DNA from: Rebecca billardiae RCC1528
Taxonomy: Eukaryota > Protista > Haptophyta
Assembly (NCBI GenBank): GCA_965240325.2
Contig: OZ251252.1
Location: 248,001 to 312,000, forward strand
Direction: 5' to 3'
DNA length: 64,000 nucleotides
The notes under the pieces are model-generated. The model saw nothing but the letters and a program-made list of their open reading frames with translations. It had not been told where the DNA came from and searched no databases. The position numbers and the translations under genes are program-made. Positions within the stretch are counted from its first letter, which is position 1, and each line of letters starts with the position of its first letter. Shown piece by piece: positions 1 to 21,679 of the stretch.

Positions 1-1120
1 GACGCAATTCTTGGGCGTCTTGAACGGGTTGGGCACGCAGATGTACAGCATGCGCGCGAGCAGCGCGGTGCTGCCCGCCTCGGCGGCGGGGACGCAGACG
101 GAGGTGAGCACGTCCGCGAACTGCAGCCCCAGCGCGCCCGTCTCCGCCGGCACGCGCGCGAGCAGCGCGCCGAGCGGCCGTCTGTGCACCCACACGATTT
201 CGTCAATGTCCACATAGAGCAGCCACGCGGAGGCAGCATGGCGGCGGTAGAGGCAGTCGTACGAGGCGAGCTTCTGGTGGAACGCCCACGTGCGGTACGG
301 CCCGTGCAGCGCCACCGCCTCCACCGAGCCCAGCGGCTGCTCAGAAATCACGGCGCCGAGATCGGGCCGAGCCGCGCCGTACGCGCGCGCGTCGCTGGCG
401 GCCGCGCCGGTGGCGGCGGCGCTCGTGCCGTGGTCGTGCATGGTGAAGTGCGTAACGCCGTGCGCGCGGTGCGTGCCAAACCACTCCCGCACGAACTGCG
501 TGTGCACCGAGTCGCCTGCGGGCCGGCGCGGCGCGCGCCTGCTCAGCTGGGGCCGGTGGCCGGGTGCCGCGCGCTGCGCGCGCTCGCGCGCGCGCACCGA
601 AGACGCGCGTGCACACGGAGAGGTGTGCACGCTCTGTCGGCGGGTAGCTGGCGTACGGCACGTCCATCTGCGCGCCGCCGAGCACCAGCCGCACGTGCGG
701 CGAGGGCGCGGGCCGGCGCGCACGCCCGGTCGCGGCCGGCGCCGTGCAGACGATCACCACCGCCTTGTGCAGGGCGATGCGCGGGTTGGCGATGCGGCCC
801 TCCGTGTCGGCGAGGACGAGGGCGCGCGGGCCCACCGCGTACGCGCCCGACGCGTCGGGGAAGAGGCAGCGTGGCCACGTCGTGAGCAGCCAGTGCTGCT
901 CCACGAGCCCGTGGCCCAGACCGGCGATCGCGACGTCGCCGGTCGGGCGGCCGTCCTCGGCGTGCAGGGCGTGCGCGGAGAAGACGACGAAGTCGCCCGA
1001 GCCTGTTGTCTGCGCGCCCCAGCGGTGCAGCGCGAAGTCCGTGCGCTTGAACACGCTGCGGTCGACGATGGGCTGGCCGGCCAGCAACGCACCCAGTAGT
1101 AGCGAGTGCCATGCCGCCAT
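1..1120 (-). CDS. Glycosyltransferase family 92 (DUF23)-like protein; 3' end runs off the window
   Basis: ATG at 1120 (MAAWHSLLLGALLAG, signal-like). A GT-AG intron at 597..516 joins LSVCTRVF/GDSVHTQFVREWFGTHRAHGVTHFTMHD. Downstream QKLASYDCLYR...WLLYVDIDEIVW matches the GT92 EW..H...GV.HF..YD and DC....W....D.DE motifs. Confidence 0.75.
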
Positions 1121-1263
1121 GCTTACAATACTGTAGGTGTTTTCTTGTTTTCGTGTTTTTCTTTTCATCCCGCCGCGGAGGACGTCGCGACGAATAAAAA
1201 AAGCCAGTTCGTGCCCCCATCGTGGCGCGCGAACGCGGCTCGGTCGTGTTCGCGGCACTGGCC

Positions 1264-2570
1264 ATGGGACCGCTGCTGCGCTGCGCCAGCCTGCTCGCCC
1301 TCGCCGCGTGCGCGGCGAGCACGGGCGTCGGGGCGGGCTCGGCGACGCCGCGGCACCAGCGGTGCGCGGCCGCCCGGCCGCACCTCCATGCGCCGACCGA
1401 CCGAGGCGCGCTGCACACCTCGCGGCTGCTTGCGCTGCGCGGCGGCGAATCAAGCGCGGCCGCGGCCGTGCAGGCTGCGCCGGCGAGCGCGAGCGCGGGC
1501 GTGGGCGAGGGTGCGCAGAGCGCCGCGGCACCCGCGATCAGCCTGGACGCGCTCAAGGTGTGCGCTGCGCCGCGCCTCGAGTGGCGCCGCGCTCGCTGCC
1601 ATGCCGCGCCCGCGCGCCTCGCGCTGAGCGCGCGCGCGCGTGCGCCCTGCGCCGTGCTCGCAGGCGCGCATCGCGGCGGTGCTGCTGTGGGAAAACGTGC
1701 TCGTCTCCGGTGCGGCATTCGCTCTGGGCAATGCGCTCTTCGCGCTGGTGCTGCTCGCGAAATGGTCGCCGCTCAGGTCCGCCGCACCGCGCCGCGCCGC
1801 GCGCACGCCGCGCGCTCTCCGCCTCCGTCACGCGCCGGCGGCGCCCGGGGCCCGCCCGCGCTCCGCGCAGCCTGGCAAGCCGGCTACTCTTCCTGGCGAT
1901 CATGGCGGGCTTCTTGTACACGACGTTCTCCAAGTTCCTCGTCGGCTTCCTCGGCCCCGACATTGTGAAGAAGCCCACCCTCGGCGGAGATTACATCTCG
2001 GCGGCCAGCCTCGCGCCACTGGTCGAGCCTGCCGTGGCTGCGCTCAACGCGGCGCTGGACAGCGTGGCGCGCGCGTGCTGGTGCGTGAGCTACGCGCACA
2101 CGGCCAAGTACCTCGGCGCGAGCTGGGCGCTGAGCAAGCTCGGCACGCACCTCAGCTCCGGCGGCGCGCTGTACGCTGCCTTCCTCGCGGCGTTTGCCGC
2201 GCCGCCGCTGCGCCGCCAGTACCGCGCCGAGATTGACGAAACGCTCGCGGCGGCGACGGCGCGCGCGGAGGCGCTCAAGGCGCAGGTGCGCTCGGTGGTG
2301 TCGGAGCGCGCGGCGGTGGCGAAGGAGCGCGTGCTCAGCGTCAAGGCCGACGTCAAGCAGCTGTGGGCCTCGACGCTGAGCTCGGTGAAGGCTGTCCCAG
2401 CTATGCTCGGCGGGCAGCTCGGCGGTGTGGTGGCGTCGGGAGCGCGCGCGGCGGGCGGCGTGGCGGCGCGCGGCGCGGGCGGCGCGGACGAGGCGGACGA
2501 CGAGGAGGACGACGATCCGGACCTTGCCTCGGAGGACGAGGACGACGAGGACGACGAGGACGACGAGTAG
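1264..2570 (+). CDS. Reticulon-domain protein with signal-peptide-like N-terminal extension and acidic tail
   Basis: Exons 1264-1557, 1664-1776, 1871-2570, with GT-AG introns 1558..1663 and 1777..1870. Spliced protein has VLLWENVLVSGAAF, two long hydrophobic hairpins and FAAPPLRRQYRAEID, typical of reticulons. Confidence 0.85.
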
Positions 2571-3323
2571 CGCCGCCGTGTCGTCAGCCGGCCGTGGCTG
2601 CGGGGTGGGGAGCGCGGCCGCGGCGGCGGCGGCGTCGGTGGCAGGCCGCTCGGTCCGTGCTGCCCTCGGCTGCGTGTCCGCCAACTGTGGACGTCTCGGT
2701 GTGCCCGTCGCGCGCTGGCCTTCCATCGGCTGGGCCGGGCCGTTAGGCCGAGGCTGCTCGCATGCGCCCACTGCCGTCTCGTTGCCGCACTCCCCTGCCC
2801 GTGTCAGGCCTCCACGCCGCGCCCGCCCGCCCGCCCGCCCGGTGCGGGTGTGGGCGCCGCCGCCGCCAGCGCCGGAGGTGCCAGGCGGCCTGTCGGTCGC
2901 TGGCCTCCCCGATTCGCGAGGATTGCCAGCGGCATCGGCCGAGAAGGCGCCGCCGACGCGCAGCTCACTTTACACGCCTCAGTGTGGCAGATAGTTCTAA
3001 GCCTGCAGGTCTAGATCATAGCTACAGTCGTCGGCTGATACGGCCCGAGCCTTTGTCTGCCTGGGCCCTGGCGGTGGCCCGGGTGGGGCTGGAAGACGCG
3101 GCGTGCCGCGGCACGATTCAGCTCAAGAGCTCAAGATTCACCATCAAGCTGCGGTCGCCTCGGCCGCCATGCTGCTTCTTGCAAAATTGAAGGCGCCGCC
3201 GAACGATCCGTGTGCAGTGTGCACCCGTCGACTTGAGCGCAAGCGCAGCGAGCAGCGCGTCGCAGCACTTCATTCGGCGGCGCGAGGCGGCGGCAGCGCG
3301 GACCCATCGGCCGCGCCGCTCCG

Positions 3324-13889
<10,566 letters not shown>

Positions 13890-14513
13890 TCAGCATCGCC
13901 ATCGCGGTGTTGCCAGGGACAGCAAAAGAAGAAAGTATCGTTCACAGTTGCTAACGACCCGGCAGACACCGATAGCCCGGTACAATACTGGCGACGATTG
14001 TATTACCTATCCAAATACGAGACCATCGCGCTCAATAGTACTACACAGCATCAATACTGCTGGAATCTCAGTCTCACCAGTCACCTCAACGGCTGCAAGG
14101 TAAAAATTATGTTAACGACATCGACGATGTTTTCGCCCAGCAGCGTTTTTGGCATACTTTTTGCTGCTCTGGGCGCGGTGTTTTGCGCGAATGATTCGAT
14201 AAAAATCCGCCGCGTGCGCGCGAGTCACAACGAGCCACACACGTACCGCCCTTGCACGAGCGGTCCAGAAAAGGCTATGATTGATATTGGCCTGAAGCTC
14301 TGTCTCACACAAACACATTTGTGCCTCGTACCCAACTCCGTGATGTGGACCCTACAAAAATACCGTGATGGATTCTGGCCCAAAGCTCGACGCAGCTCGA
14401 CGAATCCCCGCCCCTATTCCGAGCCCGTCTCTCCCAAACTTGCACACACGAGCATCACCCCTGACCCGGCATCAGACCAACCCTTCCCGAGCGGACCCCG
14501 CAACGCCTGCACC

Positions 14514-17500
14514 ATGCCCTCCACGCGGAAGGAGCACGACGACGCGCCCGCGCGAGGCCACGAACCAGAACGCTGTGGTGATGACCATCAACAGCCTAAA
14601 CGCGCCGACGACGACGATGTCTCGTCGCGGCCAACGGACGCCCCCGACAAGCGGCACGCGCTCGGCGCCTCGGCGGCGGCGCGCGCGGCGGCGATGCGCT
14701 TCTGGAGCGCCGCGGAGCTGGGCGACGCTGACACCATGCCCGCGGAGACGTACGCTCATCTCCGCACGCTCGTCGCGCGCGGCCTCCACGCGGACACGGC
14801 GAGCGACGACGGCCGGACGCCGACGGGCGACAGCAAGAACGTGCCCGCGCTCTCGCTCGCCGCCTTCTCGGCCAGCGCCGAGCGCGGGCGCGACGAGTCG
14901 GCGCAGGGGGTGCGCGCAGAGGAGTTGTGCGCGCACCTCCTCGAGCTCGCCGCGAATGCCACGCACGAGGGCGACGAGCTCGCCGTCGTCGCCTTCCTCG
15001 CGCGCCTGCATCGGCGGACCACGGTCGCGGCCCTCGGCGGCGGCAGCGGCGGCAGCGGCGCGGTGCGCTCGGCGCTGCGGCGGCAGTCTGCGATCAAGGG
15101 CGGCGCGACGAGCTGGTCCGAGCTGCAGCGCCGGCTGCGCGCCGTCGGCGTGCTGCGCAGTGCCAAACGCGTGTACCTGCAGAGCCCGGATGAGGTCCGC
15201 TGGTCTGAGGCCACGGACGCCACCGACACGGACGCGGACGTGGAGGCGATGATCACACTCGGAGCGAACGACGCCGACGGCGGTGGAGATGGCGGCGGCA
15301 CCGGGCCGGATGCTGGCGGTGATGGAGACCAACGCCGCTGGCGCGCAAGCAGTGAGATCGCCAACAGCGGGCTGGTGATCTCCCCGACGCTCGTGCGCTT
15401 CCACCGCGTGTCTGCCGCCAACCGACTGCCGACCGCCGCTGCAGCCGCGGCAGCCGACGGCGACGAGGACGTCGTTGGGCGGTCCGCCTCCCGTCATCTC
15501 TCGGACGACCCCGACTCGGACGGCGCGCTCTCCGAGCCCAGGCCGCCATCGCGCGCCGAGCGGCGGGCGATGGCGCTGATGGCGCGCAAGCGCGCCGGCG
15601 CCGAGCTCGCGGCTGCCACCGCGCGCGCGCGCTCCGCGCTCGGCCGCGCGGTGCGGCTCGCCGCCGACGAGGACGCGCCCGACGCTCGCGCGGAGCAGCC
15701 GAGCGCCGAGGCCCGCGCCGCGCACCTCGCCCTCGCCATCGCCACGGCCGCACTCGCCACCGCGCTCGCGCGTGCGCTCGAAGTCGGCGTGCCAACGGAC
15801 GGAGCGGCCGTGCCCTGCGCCCTCGAGCTGCTGCTCGACGCGGCTTCTCGCGAGAACCTTCTCTCCGCGCTCGAGCTCGCGAGCGCGGACGCGGCGCGGG
15901 CGCACGCCGCCGTCGGCGCCACCGCCGCCGAGCGCGAGCCGGCGCGCGGTGGCAGCGACGTCTCGGTGGGCGGCGAGAAGCTGCTGCGCATGGCGCTGGA
16001 TGACGCGGCGGCCACGGGCCTGCTGCCGAGCGCGCGCGAGCGCGCGCGCGCGGCGCAGCTTAGCCGCCGCTTCCGCGCGGCGCGGCGGCGGCTGTCGGCG
16101 GAGGAGGCACGCGCAGCGGCGGTAGCGGCTGAAGCGGCTGGCTCGGCAGGCATGGTGGTCGCCGCGAGGCCGTCCACTGCGCGGCAGGAGTGCCCGTCGC
16201 CCAACCACTGGGCCGCGCGATTCTCTCCCATCACGGTGCCAAGCGCGCCGCGCCGCGCGCCGCTCCGGCCGGCCGGTCTGGACGGTTCGTCCTCGGACGA
16301 TGACTCGCGCGGCTGGCGCCTACCTAGGGCCCGCCGCTCCGGCGGCCGCAGGCAGTGGGCGCACAGCATGCGCGCCACGTCGTCAAGCTCCTCCGCCGAC
16401 GAGGAGCCGCGCGAGGGCCAGCTCGTCGCCGACCTCGCGGTGAACGTGCGGCCGCGGCTGCTCGCCGTCGCCGCCGGCGCACAGAGCACGCTCGTCAGCT
16501 CGCGCGCCATCGTCATGCGCATGGCCAGCGCCACCGCCTTCGCCGCTGTCTCTCGGAGGGGCTCCGCCGCCAGCCGCGGCATGAGCTCGGGTGACGAATC
16601 GAGCGCGGGAAGCAAGCAGACGCGTGGCGCCACTGCCGCACGGGCACAGCGGAGTGGCGACGGAGGCGACGGCTGTGGCGGCGTGGGCGCAGGCGAGCCC
16701 GCTCGGACAGACGCCCAGCCTGCGGCGCACGCCCCCTCCGACGCAGAGGCTGTGGCCCTCGCGCTAGCCGCGCACTCGGCGGTGCGCTCGGTCGAGGCGG
16801 CCACGGGCTTGGTGCCGCCGATGCAGCTTTCGCCGCTCGGGACAGCACGAAAACCACGCACGCGCAGCGACCGCGGGATTCGCGCGCTCGGCGAGCTGGC
16901 CTCGCCAGCGCCCGCGAGCGCCAAGCCGCCGGCGGCCGCGCGCCGCGCGCTCGACGCAATCCTCACGCCCAAGGCCTGGCGGCGCCCGGACCCGGTGCGC
17001 CGCGCCGAGGCGGTGCACGCCGAGGCGGCGGGCTCGGGGACCCACGAGCGGCTGCCCAGTGCGCCGCTCGGTGGCTCGGACGCCAGCGGCCGGCCGCGCG
17101 CGCCGCCCACCACGCTCCGCACCGTGCCTCTGCCGGCGGCAGGCGCCGGCAGCGGGCGGCGCGGGCAGCAGCCGCACCCGGATGGCGGCGCGCGCGGCGC
17201 AGCAGCCCCGGCGGCGACGGCCGCGATTCCGGGCTTGGCCGTCGTCTCCGCCTCCACCCGCAGCGGCTCCGGTTCACGCGAGCTCTCGTCCTGCCAGGGG
17301 ACCGCCGAGCCGAGCGCCGAGCAGCCATCTCCGCCGGAGAGCATCGCCAGCGTCAGCCCGATGTTCTCCGCATTCTCCTCGCAGTGCAACCTCTCGGATG
17401 CGCGCACGCAGCAGGGATCGCCGGACACCGACGCGGGCGCGGGACGGCCGTCGATGCTGCCGTACCGCAAGCGCTCGCGCCGTGGTCGCGCGCCCCCGGC

Positions 17501-17699
17501 CGCCGCGCGGCCTGGTGGTGGGCCCGGGCCGAGCCAGACGTCGGCGGTGGCGGCCGATCAGGATCTGGATCGCCCAGCGCATGCATTCGGCGCCATGCTG
17601 GCCGCACTACTCAAGCCGTTGGCGACGCCCTCGACGTCCTCGGCTCAGCAGGCGGCGTTGGCGGCGGACGCGGCGGATGCGGTGGCGTCGGCGCATTGA
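14514..17699 (+). CDS. Hypothetical intronless Ala/Arg/Ser-rich protein, copy A of an inverted gene pair
   Basis: Long ORF whose ATG at 14514 (MPSTRKEHDDAPARG) aligns with the paralog's ATG at 30090 (MPLTLHKHDDAPARG). No recognisable domain. Confidence 0.65.
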   Translation: MPSTRKEHDDAPARGHEPERCGDDHQQPKRADDDDVSSRPTDAPDKRHALGASAAARAAAMRFWSAAELGDADTMPAETYAHLRTLVARGLHADTASDDGRTPTGDSKNVPALSLAAFSASAERGRDESAQGVRAEELCAHLLELAANATHEGDELAVVAFLARLHRRTTVAALGGGSGGSGAVRSALRRQSAIKGGATSWSELQRRLRAVGVLRSAKRVYLQSPDEVRWSEATDATDTDADVEAMITLGANDADGGGDGGGTGPDAGGDGDQRRWRASSEIANSGLVISPTLVRFHRVSAANRLPTAAAAAAADGDEDVVGRSASRHLSDDPDSDGALSEPRPPSRAERRAMALMARKRAGAELAAATARARSALGRAVRLAADEDAPDARAEQPSAEARAAHLALAIATAALATALARALEVGVPTDGAAVPCALELLLDAASRENLLSALELASADAARAHAAVGATAAEREPARGGSDVSVGGEKLLRMALDDAAATGLLPSARERARAAQLSRRFRAARRRLSAEEARAAAVAAEAAGSAGMVVAARPSTARQECPSPNHWAARFSPITVPSAPRRAPLRPAGLDGSSSDDDSRGWRLPRARRSGGRRQWAHSMRATSSSSSADEEPREGQLVADLAVNVRPRLLAVAAGAQSTLVSSRAIVMRMASATAFAAVSRRGSAASRGMSSGDESSAGSKQTRGATAARAQRSGDGGDGCGGVGAGEPARTDAQPAAHAPSDAEAVALALAAHSAVRSVEAATGLVPPMQLSPLGTARKPRTRSDRGIRALGELASPAPASAKPPAAARRALDAILTPKAWRRPDPVRRAEAVHAEAAGSGTHERLPSAPLGGSDASGRPRAPPTTLRTVPLPAAGAGSGRRGQQPHPDGGARGAAAPAATAAIPGLAVVSASTRSGSGSRELSSCQGTAEPSAEQPSPPESIASVSPMFSAFSSQCNLSDARTQQGSPDTDAGAGRPSMLPYRKRSRRGRAPPAAARPGGGPGPSQTSAVAADQDLDRPAHAFGAMLAALLKPLATPSTSSAQQAALAADAADAVASAH

Positions 17700-18049
17700 T
17701 GATGTATCGTCATCGTCGGTTTCTGCGTCGGAGGCCGCCTCGTCCCGGCGCAACCGACAAGCGCGTGCGCTGCCGCGGTAAGCACCATATGGCGGCGTCG
17801 TTTGATACCGGCGGCGCGCCGATGCAGTACTGATGACCGTGCTGCTTGCTGCTATCCGACTAGCTACTGCTGCTACTGTAGTAATGACGACTGCTACTAT
17901 ATATATATACGGCTATTATAGTGTAATCGGCTGGCGCCGATATCTACTACTTCGGGTAGTTATAGTGACGAGGCAACGAAGTTGACGGCGCACGGCCCTA
18001 TAGTGGCTATAGTTGTCGCGCGTTCTGTCTTATTCGTCATCAGCACGAA

Positions 18050-19134
18050 TCACGCAGCTTGTGTGAATGTGAGCAGCAGCCGGCGTGTGACGACACGGTC
18101 GGACGGTCGGACGGTGCCATGCGCCGAATGCAGCCGAGTCACTGGCGAGTCCGACAGCCGGGCGGCGGCGCCGGGGGGTGCACGCGAGCTCGCACGCGCG
18201 TTGTGTGCGCAGCCGCGCTGCGCGCAGAGCAGCCACTCAGCGCCGCGCCCGACCACTGCTACGCGAGAAGCCGCTGCGCCGCGCGCAGCGGCAGCAGCGG
18301 CGCCTCCGCAGCGCGCGCCGAGCCGCCACCTCCCGCCCGCCTCACGGCCGCGGCCGCGGCGCGCGAGCGACTTGCGGCTTGCGGCGGCGGCGGGCAGCGG
18401 CGGCGCGGCGAGCGCGCACAGCGGCCCCTCGAGCGTGCGGCCGAGCGCCGCCGCGTACGTCGGGTCGCGCGCCGCGCGCCGTCGCCCACACGGCAGCAGC
18501 CCCGCGTGCGCCGCCGTCTGCCACGAGGGCGCGGAGCACGGTGGTGCACACATTTTGGAGGCGCGCGCCGTCGAGGCGCGGGACGGGCGGGAGGGCGGAC
18601 GGGGGCGGGAGGAGCGGCGGCGGCGGCGGCGGCGCGTTGCGCGAGCCGCAGCGTACGCCCGCGCCGATCTTGAATCTCGACGGCGGCGGTGCGGCGGCCG
18701 TGGCAGCGCGTGCGCGCGCGTTGACCAACGGCCGGCGGCGCGGCCTCTGCCGTCTGCGACGGCGGCACGGTGCGGCAAGGGCAGCGGCGGCGCGACGGCG
18801 TCGGCGGTGGCGCGCTCGTACAGCGTCTGCCGCCCGCGTGCGCCGCCGTCGTCGCCGTCGTCGCCGCGACGGCGGCACTGTGCGCCGACCGGTTAGCGCC
18901 CTCCGGCTCCGCCCCTGCGCTGACTGACGGGACGCCGAGGAGTTGACGGAGGGCGTGCGCGCGAGGTCGGCGGCGGTGTGCGCGGCGGCGCTGGGCGAGT
19001 GCGCCAGCTTCTCTGGCAGCGCATGCCCCGCCGCGCGCCTGCCGCCGCCCAGGCTCCCCGGCGCTCGGCCGCGCGCCACGCCGCCGCGCGCGCGCACGGG
19101 GCGGCACGGGCGCACGGCGGCACCGACGGAACAT
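18050..19134 (-). CDS. Possible small spliced hypothetical gene; structure unresolved
   Basis: GC-rich block between two AT-rich spacers. A GCTAAC branch motif (~18893) is followed by a CACAG acceptor on the minus strand. No homology recognised. Confidence 0.25.
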
Positions 19135-19993
19135 GACGCCTCGCGATCTGAATCGTCACGCGACTTATGCTGCTGGTAGTCTTATTTTCGATCACACCCG
19201 CATTGGCTTCGGAATCAGTTTGCGCAATAAGGGGTGAGGAATCTTATTGAATGACAATCGCAATAATTGCCCTTTCCGCTCAGGCTGTCTAGGACACACT
19301 CACCACACTTCTTTCATCAGAGAGCTCTTAATCCTCGCAGATAGAGATTTCGAATCCCACCCGCATTGGGCCAAGAAGCCAATATAAGGCCATTTGTGCT
19401 ATCAGTCAGCGAGGGCATTGTTGTCTTATTATTAGTATCTATGCCCTGCAGTTCTAAAGAGATATCAATACGAGCAGGGGAATCGGATAGTACGACGAAC
19501 GCAATCAAGCCGTCATCAGCAATTGAATGCCATTCACTAGCAGCTCTCCCCCTGCGGCTACAAGTACAAATAAATCCCCACCAGCATCACGCGCGCCATT
19601 ATCTTTTTTATTTAATTGATTTTGCGCGGAGCAGCACGTGCGCCGCCCCGCCCCCGGCTTTCAGCTCACGCTCAGACCTTTCGGGGGGGCCGTGCGCCAC
19701 GAGATCGACGATATGATATATATATATGCTAGCGCTGACGATATACTGCTGCTGCGATCGGACGATATATATAGCAGCAGGGTGCATGAGTCACTCCACG
19801 TTATTGTCGGGCCCGCGTCGATCCTCATCGTCCGGCCGAGCCGCCATGGCGGTACCGGGCCGCGGCCGGCTAGGCGGCCTGATGGCGCTAGTGACGGCCG
19901 CGGGGACGCCTCGGCACCGCCGGCACGGACGACATCCCGGCGCCCGCACGCAGTCGTCGAAGCCACGCCCACCCATCATCGCCGTGCTGCCAG

Positions 19994-21460
19994 TCACCGT
20001 CTGGGCGCGCGCGGCGGCGGGCAGTCGACGCGCACGATGGTGTTGCGCATGGCCTTGCCGTCGCCCGGCGCGTGCCGCACTGCGCCGACGGCGCAGTGCG
20101 CGGCGTCGGTGCCAGGGACGCCGACGGCGGACGCGACGAACTTCTGCAGCTCGGCGCTGGAGAGCGCGGTTGGGATCTTCGCGAACGCCTCCTCCGCATC
20201 CCGGTTGTAGTCCGTCACGATCACCTTGCGCGCGCCCGACGCCGCGGCCGTCTCGATGACCGCGCGCACCGTCGCCTCGCGCGCCGCGCGGTCGGCGGTG
20301 GGGCTCTTGCCAAATAGGATGTGCAGCACGACCGAGCCTCTCCACGCGCGGCTGAGCGCGGTGGCGCGCCGCGCGTACGTGTCGGCGTACGTCCCCGTCG
20401 CGTTGGCCAGCGCGCGGTCCGCCCACGAGCCCGCCGCCTTCCACTTCCGGTCGATCTCGTTCCACACCTGCAGGATCGGCCGAGTCCGGCCCACCTCCTG
20501 CAGGACTGCCCAGTTCCACCAGAGGTGGGGCTCGAGCACCCAGCGGTTGGAGTACCCGCCCCGCACCTTCTGCTCGGAGGTGACCCAGCTCTCCGCGAAC
20601 ACGGGCAGGATGAGCGACGCGTTCCGGATCCGCGACGCGAGCGAGCTCTCCGCCGCGCGCCTCCACGGCTCGGGCCCCTCGGCAACGTGCGCCCTCCAGC
20701 TAGCGCCCTCGAGCGGAGGCACGTGCGAGAGGAAGACGACGACGACGCGCCCGCCCGCGTCGAGCGAGGGCACGCCGGGCGTGAAGAGGCGCGGGCTGAG
20801 CGCCTCGCGCACGTTCTCGCGCGTGCCGTTGTACTGCTGCGCGCCCGCAGGCCGCCATTGGAACTTGGGCCACGTGCGCGGCCCGAGGATCGCCAGTGGC
20901 GAGTCCCTCTGCTTGTGGTAGGTGAACACGCCGTGCGGCTCGAAGGCCGCGCCCGCGCCCGCGAGGTCGGAGGGCAGGAAGTGCGCGCCGAAGTGCGCGT
21001 CCACGTCCTCGGCGTACGCGTCGTACCCGCGCTTGAACTCGGCGTAGCTGTCGGACGCGCGCAGCAGCTCGGCCACGCGCCAAGCTTTCGCGAGCTCGTT
21101 CACGTTGCCGTCGAAGAGCGTGACGCGGTGGAAGCGGGCGTTCTCGAGGATGCGCAGGTAGTACATGCCGCCAACCACGCTCACGAGCTCCACCTGCTCC
21201 TGGCCTAGCGCCCACAGGTGCACGTTCAGATCGCGGAGCACTTTGAGCGCGTCGTTCGACCCCATGAAGACGCCGCCCCAGCTGGCCGGCTGGAAGTCCC
21301 ACTTGATCGAGCCGGTCGTGACGACGGTTGGGCGGCGTGCGGAGGCGACGGGGCGTGCGGGAGCGCCGGCGCTTGTGGGTAAGGCGCGCTGCGCGCCCGC
21401 GGTGCCTGCAAGCAGCGCAACGCGCAGCGCCAGCCCGAGCATGGCAGCACGGCCCATCAT
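19994..21460 (-). CDS. Hypothetical secreted/signal-peptide protein, possibly Rossmann or methyltransferase-like fold
   Basis: Intronless 488-aa ORF with normal globular composition and a hydrophobic N-terminus. VSVVGG...RVTLFDGNVNEL is only weakly reminiscent of SAM-binding motifs. Confidence 0.7.
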   Translation of the reverse strand: MMGRAAMLGLALRVALLAGTAGAQRALPTSAGAPARPVASARRPTVVTTGSIKWDFQPASWGGVFMGSNDALKVLRDLNVHLWALGQEQVELVSVVGGMYYLRILENARFHRVTLFDGNVNELAKAWRVAELLRASDSYAEFKRGYDAYAEDVDAHFGAHFLPSDLAGAGAAFEPHGVFTYHKQRDSPLAILGPRTWPKFQWRPAGAQQYNGTRENVREALSPRLFTPGVPSLDAGGRVVVVFLSHVPPLEGASWRAHVAEGPEPWRRAAESSLASRIRNASLILPVFAESWVTSEQKVRGGYSNRWVLEPHLWWNWAVLQEVGRTRPILQVWNEIDRKWKAAGSWADRALANATGTYADTYARRATALSRAWRGSVVLHILFGKSPTADRAAREATVRAVIETAAASGARKVIVTDYNRDAEEAFAKIPTALSSAELQKFVASAVGVPGTDAAHCAVGAVRHAPGDGKAMRNTIVRVDCPPPRAPRR

Positions 21461-21679
21461 GCGCGCATCAGCTCACAAGCTGATGATGATATGATTATTC
21501 GCTGCGCACCGGAATCGGGCATCACGTCCGGGACAGCATCTGACAGGATCTCCGATCTGCTGACTACAATAATTATGGGGGCAATCTGAAATCAGGACGA
21601 CAATGGCGGCCATGTAGAGCCCGGAAGCTGCTGCACTCCGGAGCCGGTCGGTGACCGCCGCTGGTCATCCGGCGCGGCC

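Noticed and set aside
13998-14513. 172-aa N-terminal extension of copy A
   Set aside because: Begins at a non-ATG codon in low-GC DNA and is absent from copy B, whose ATG aligns with 14514.
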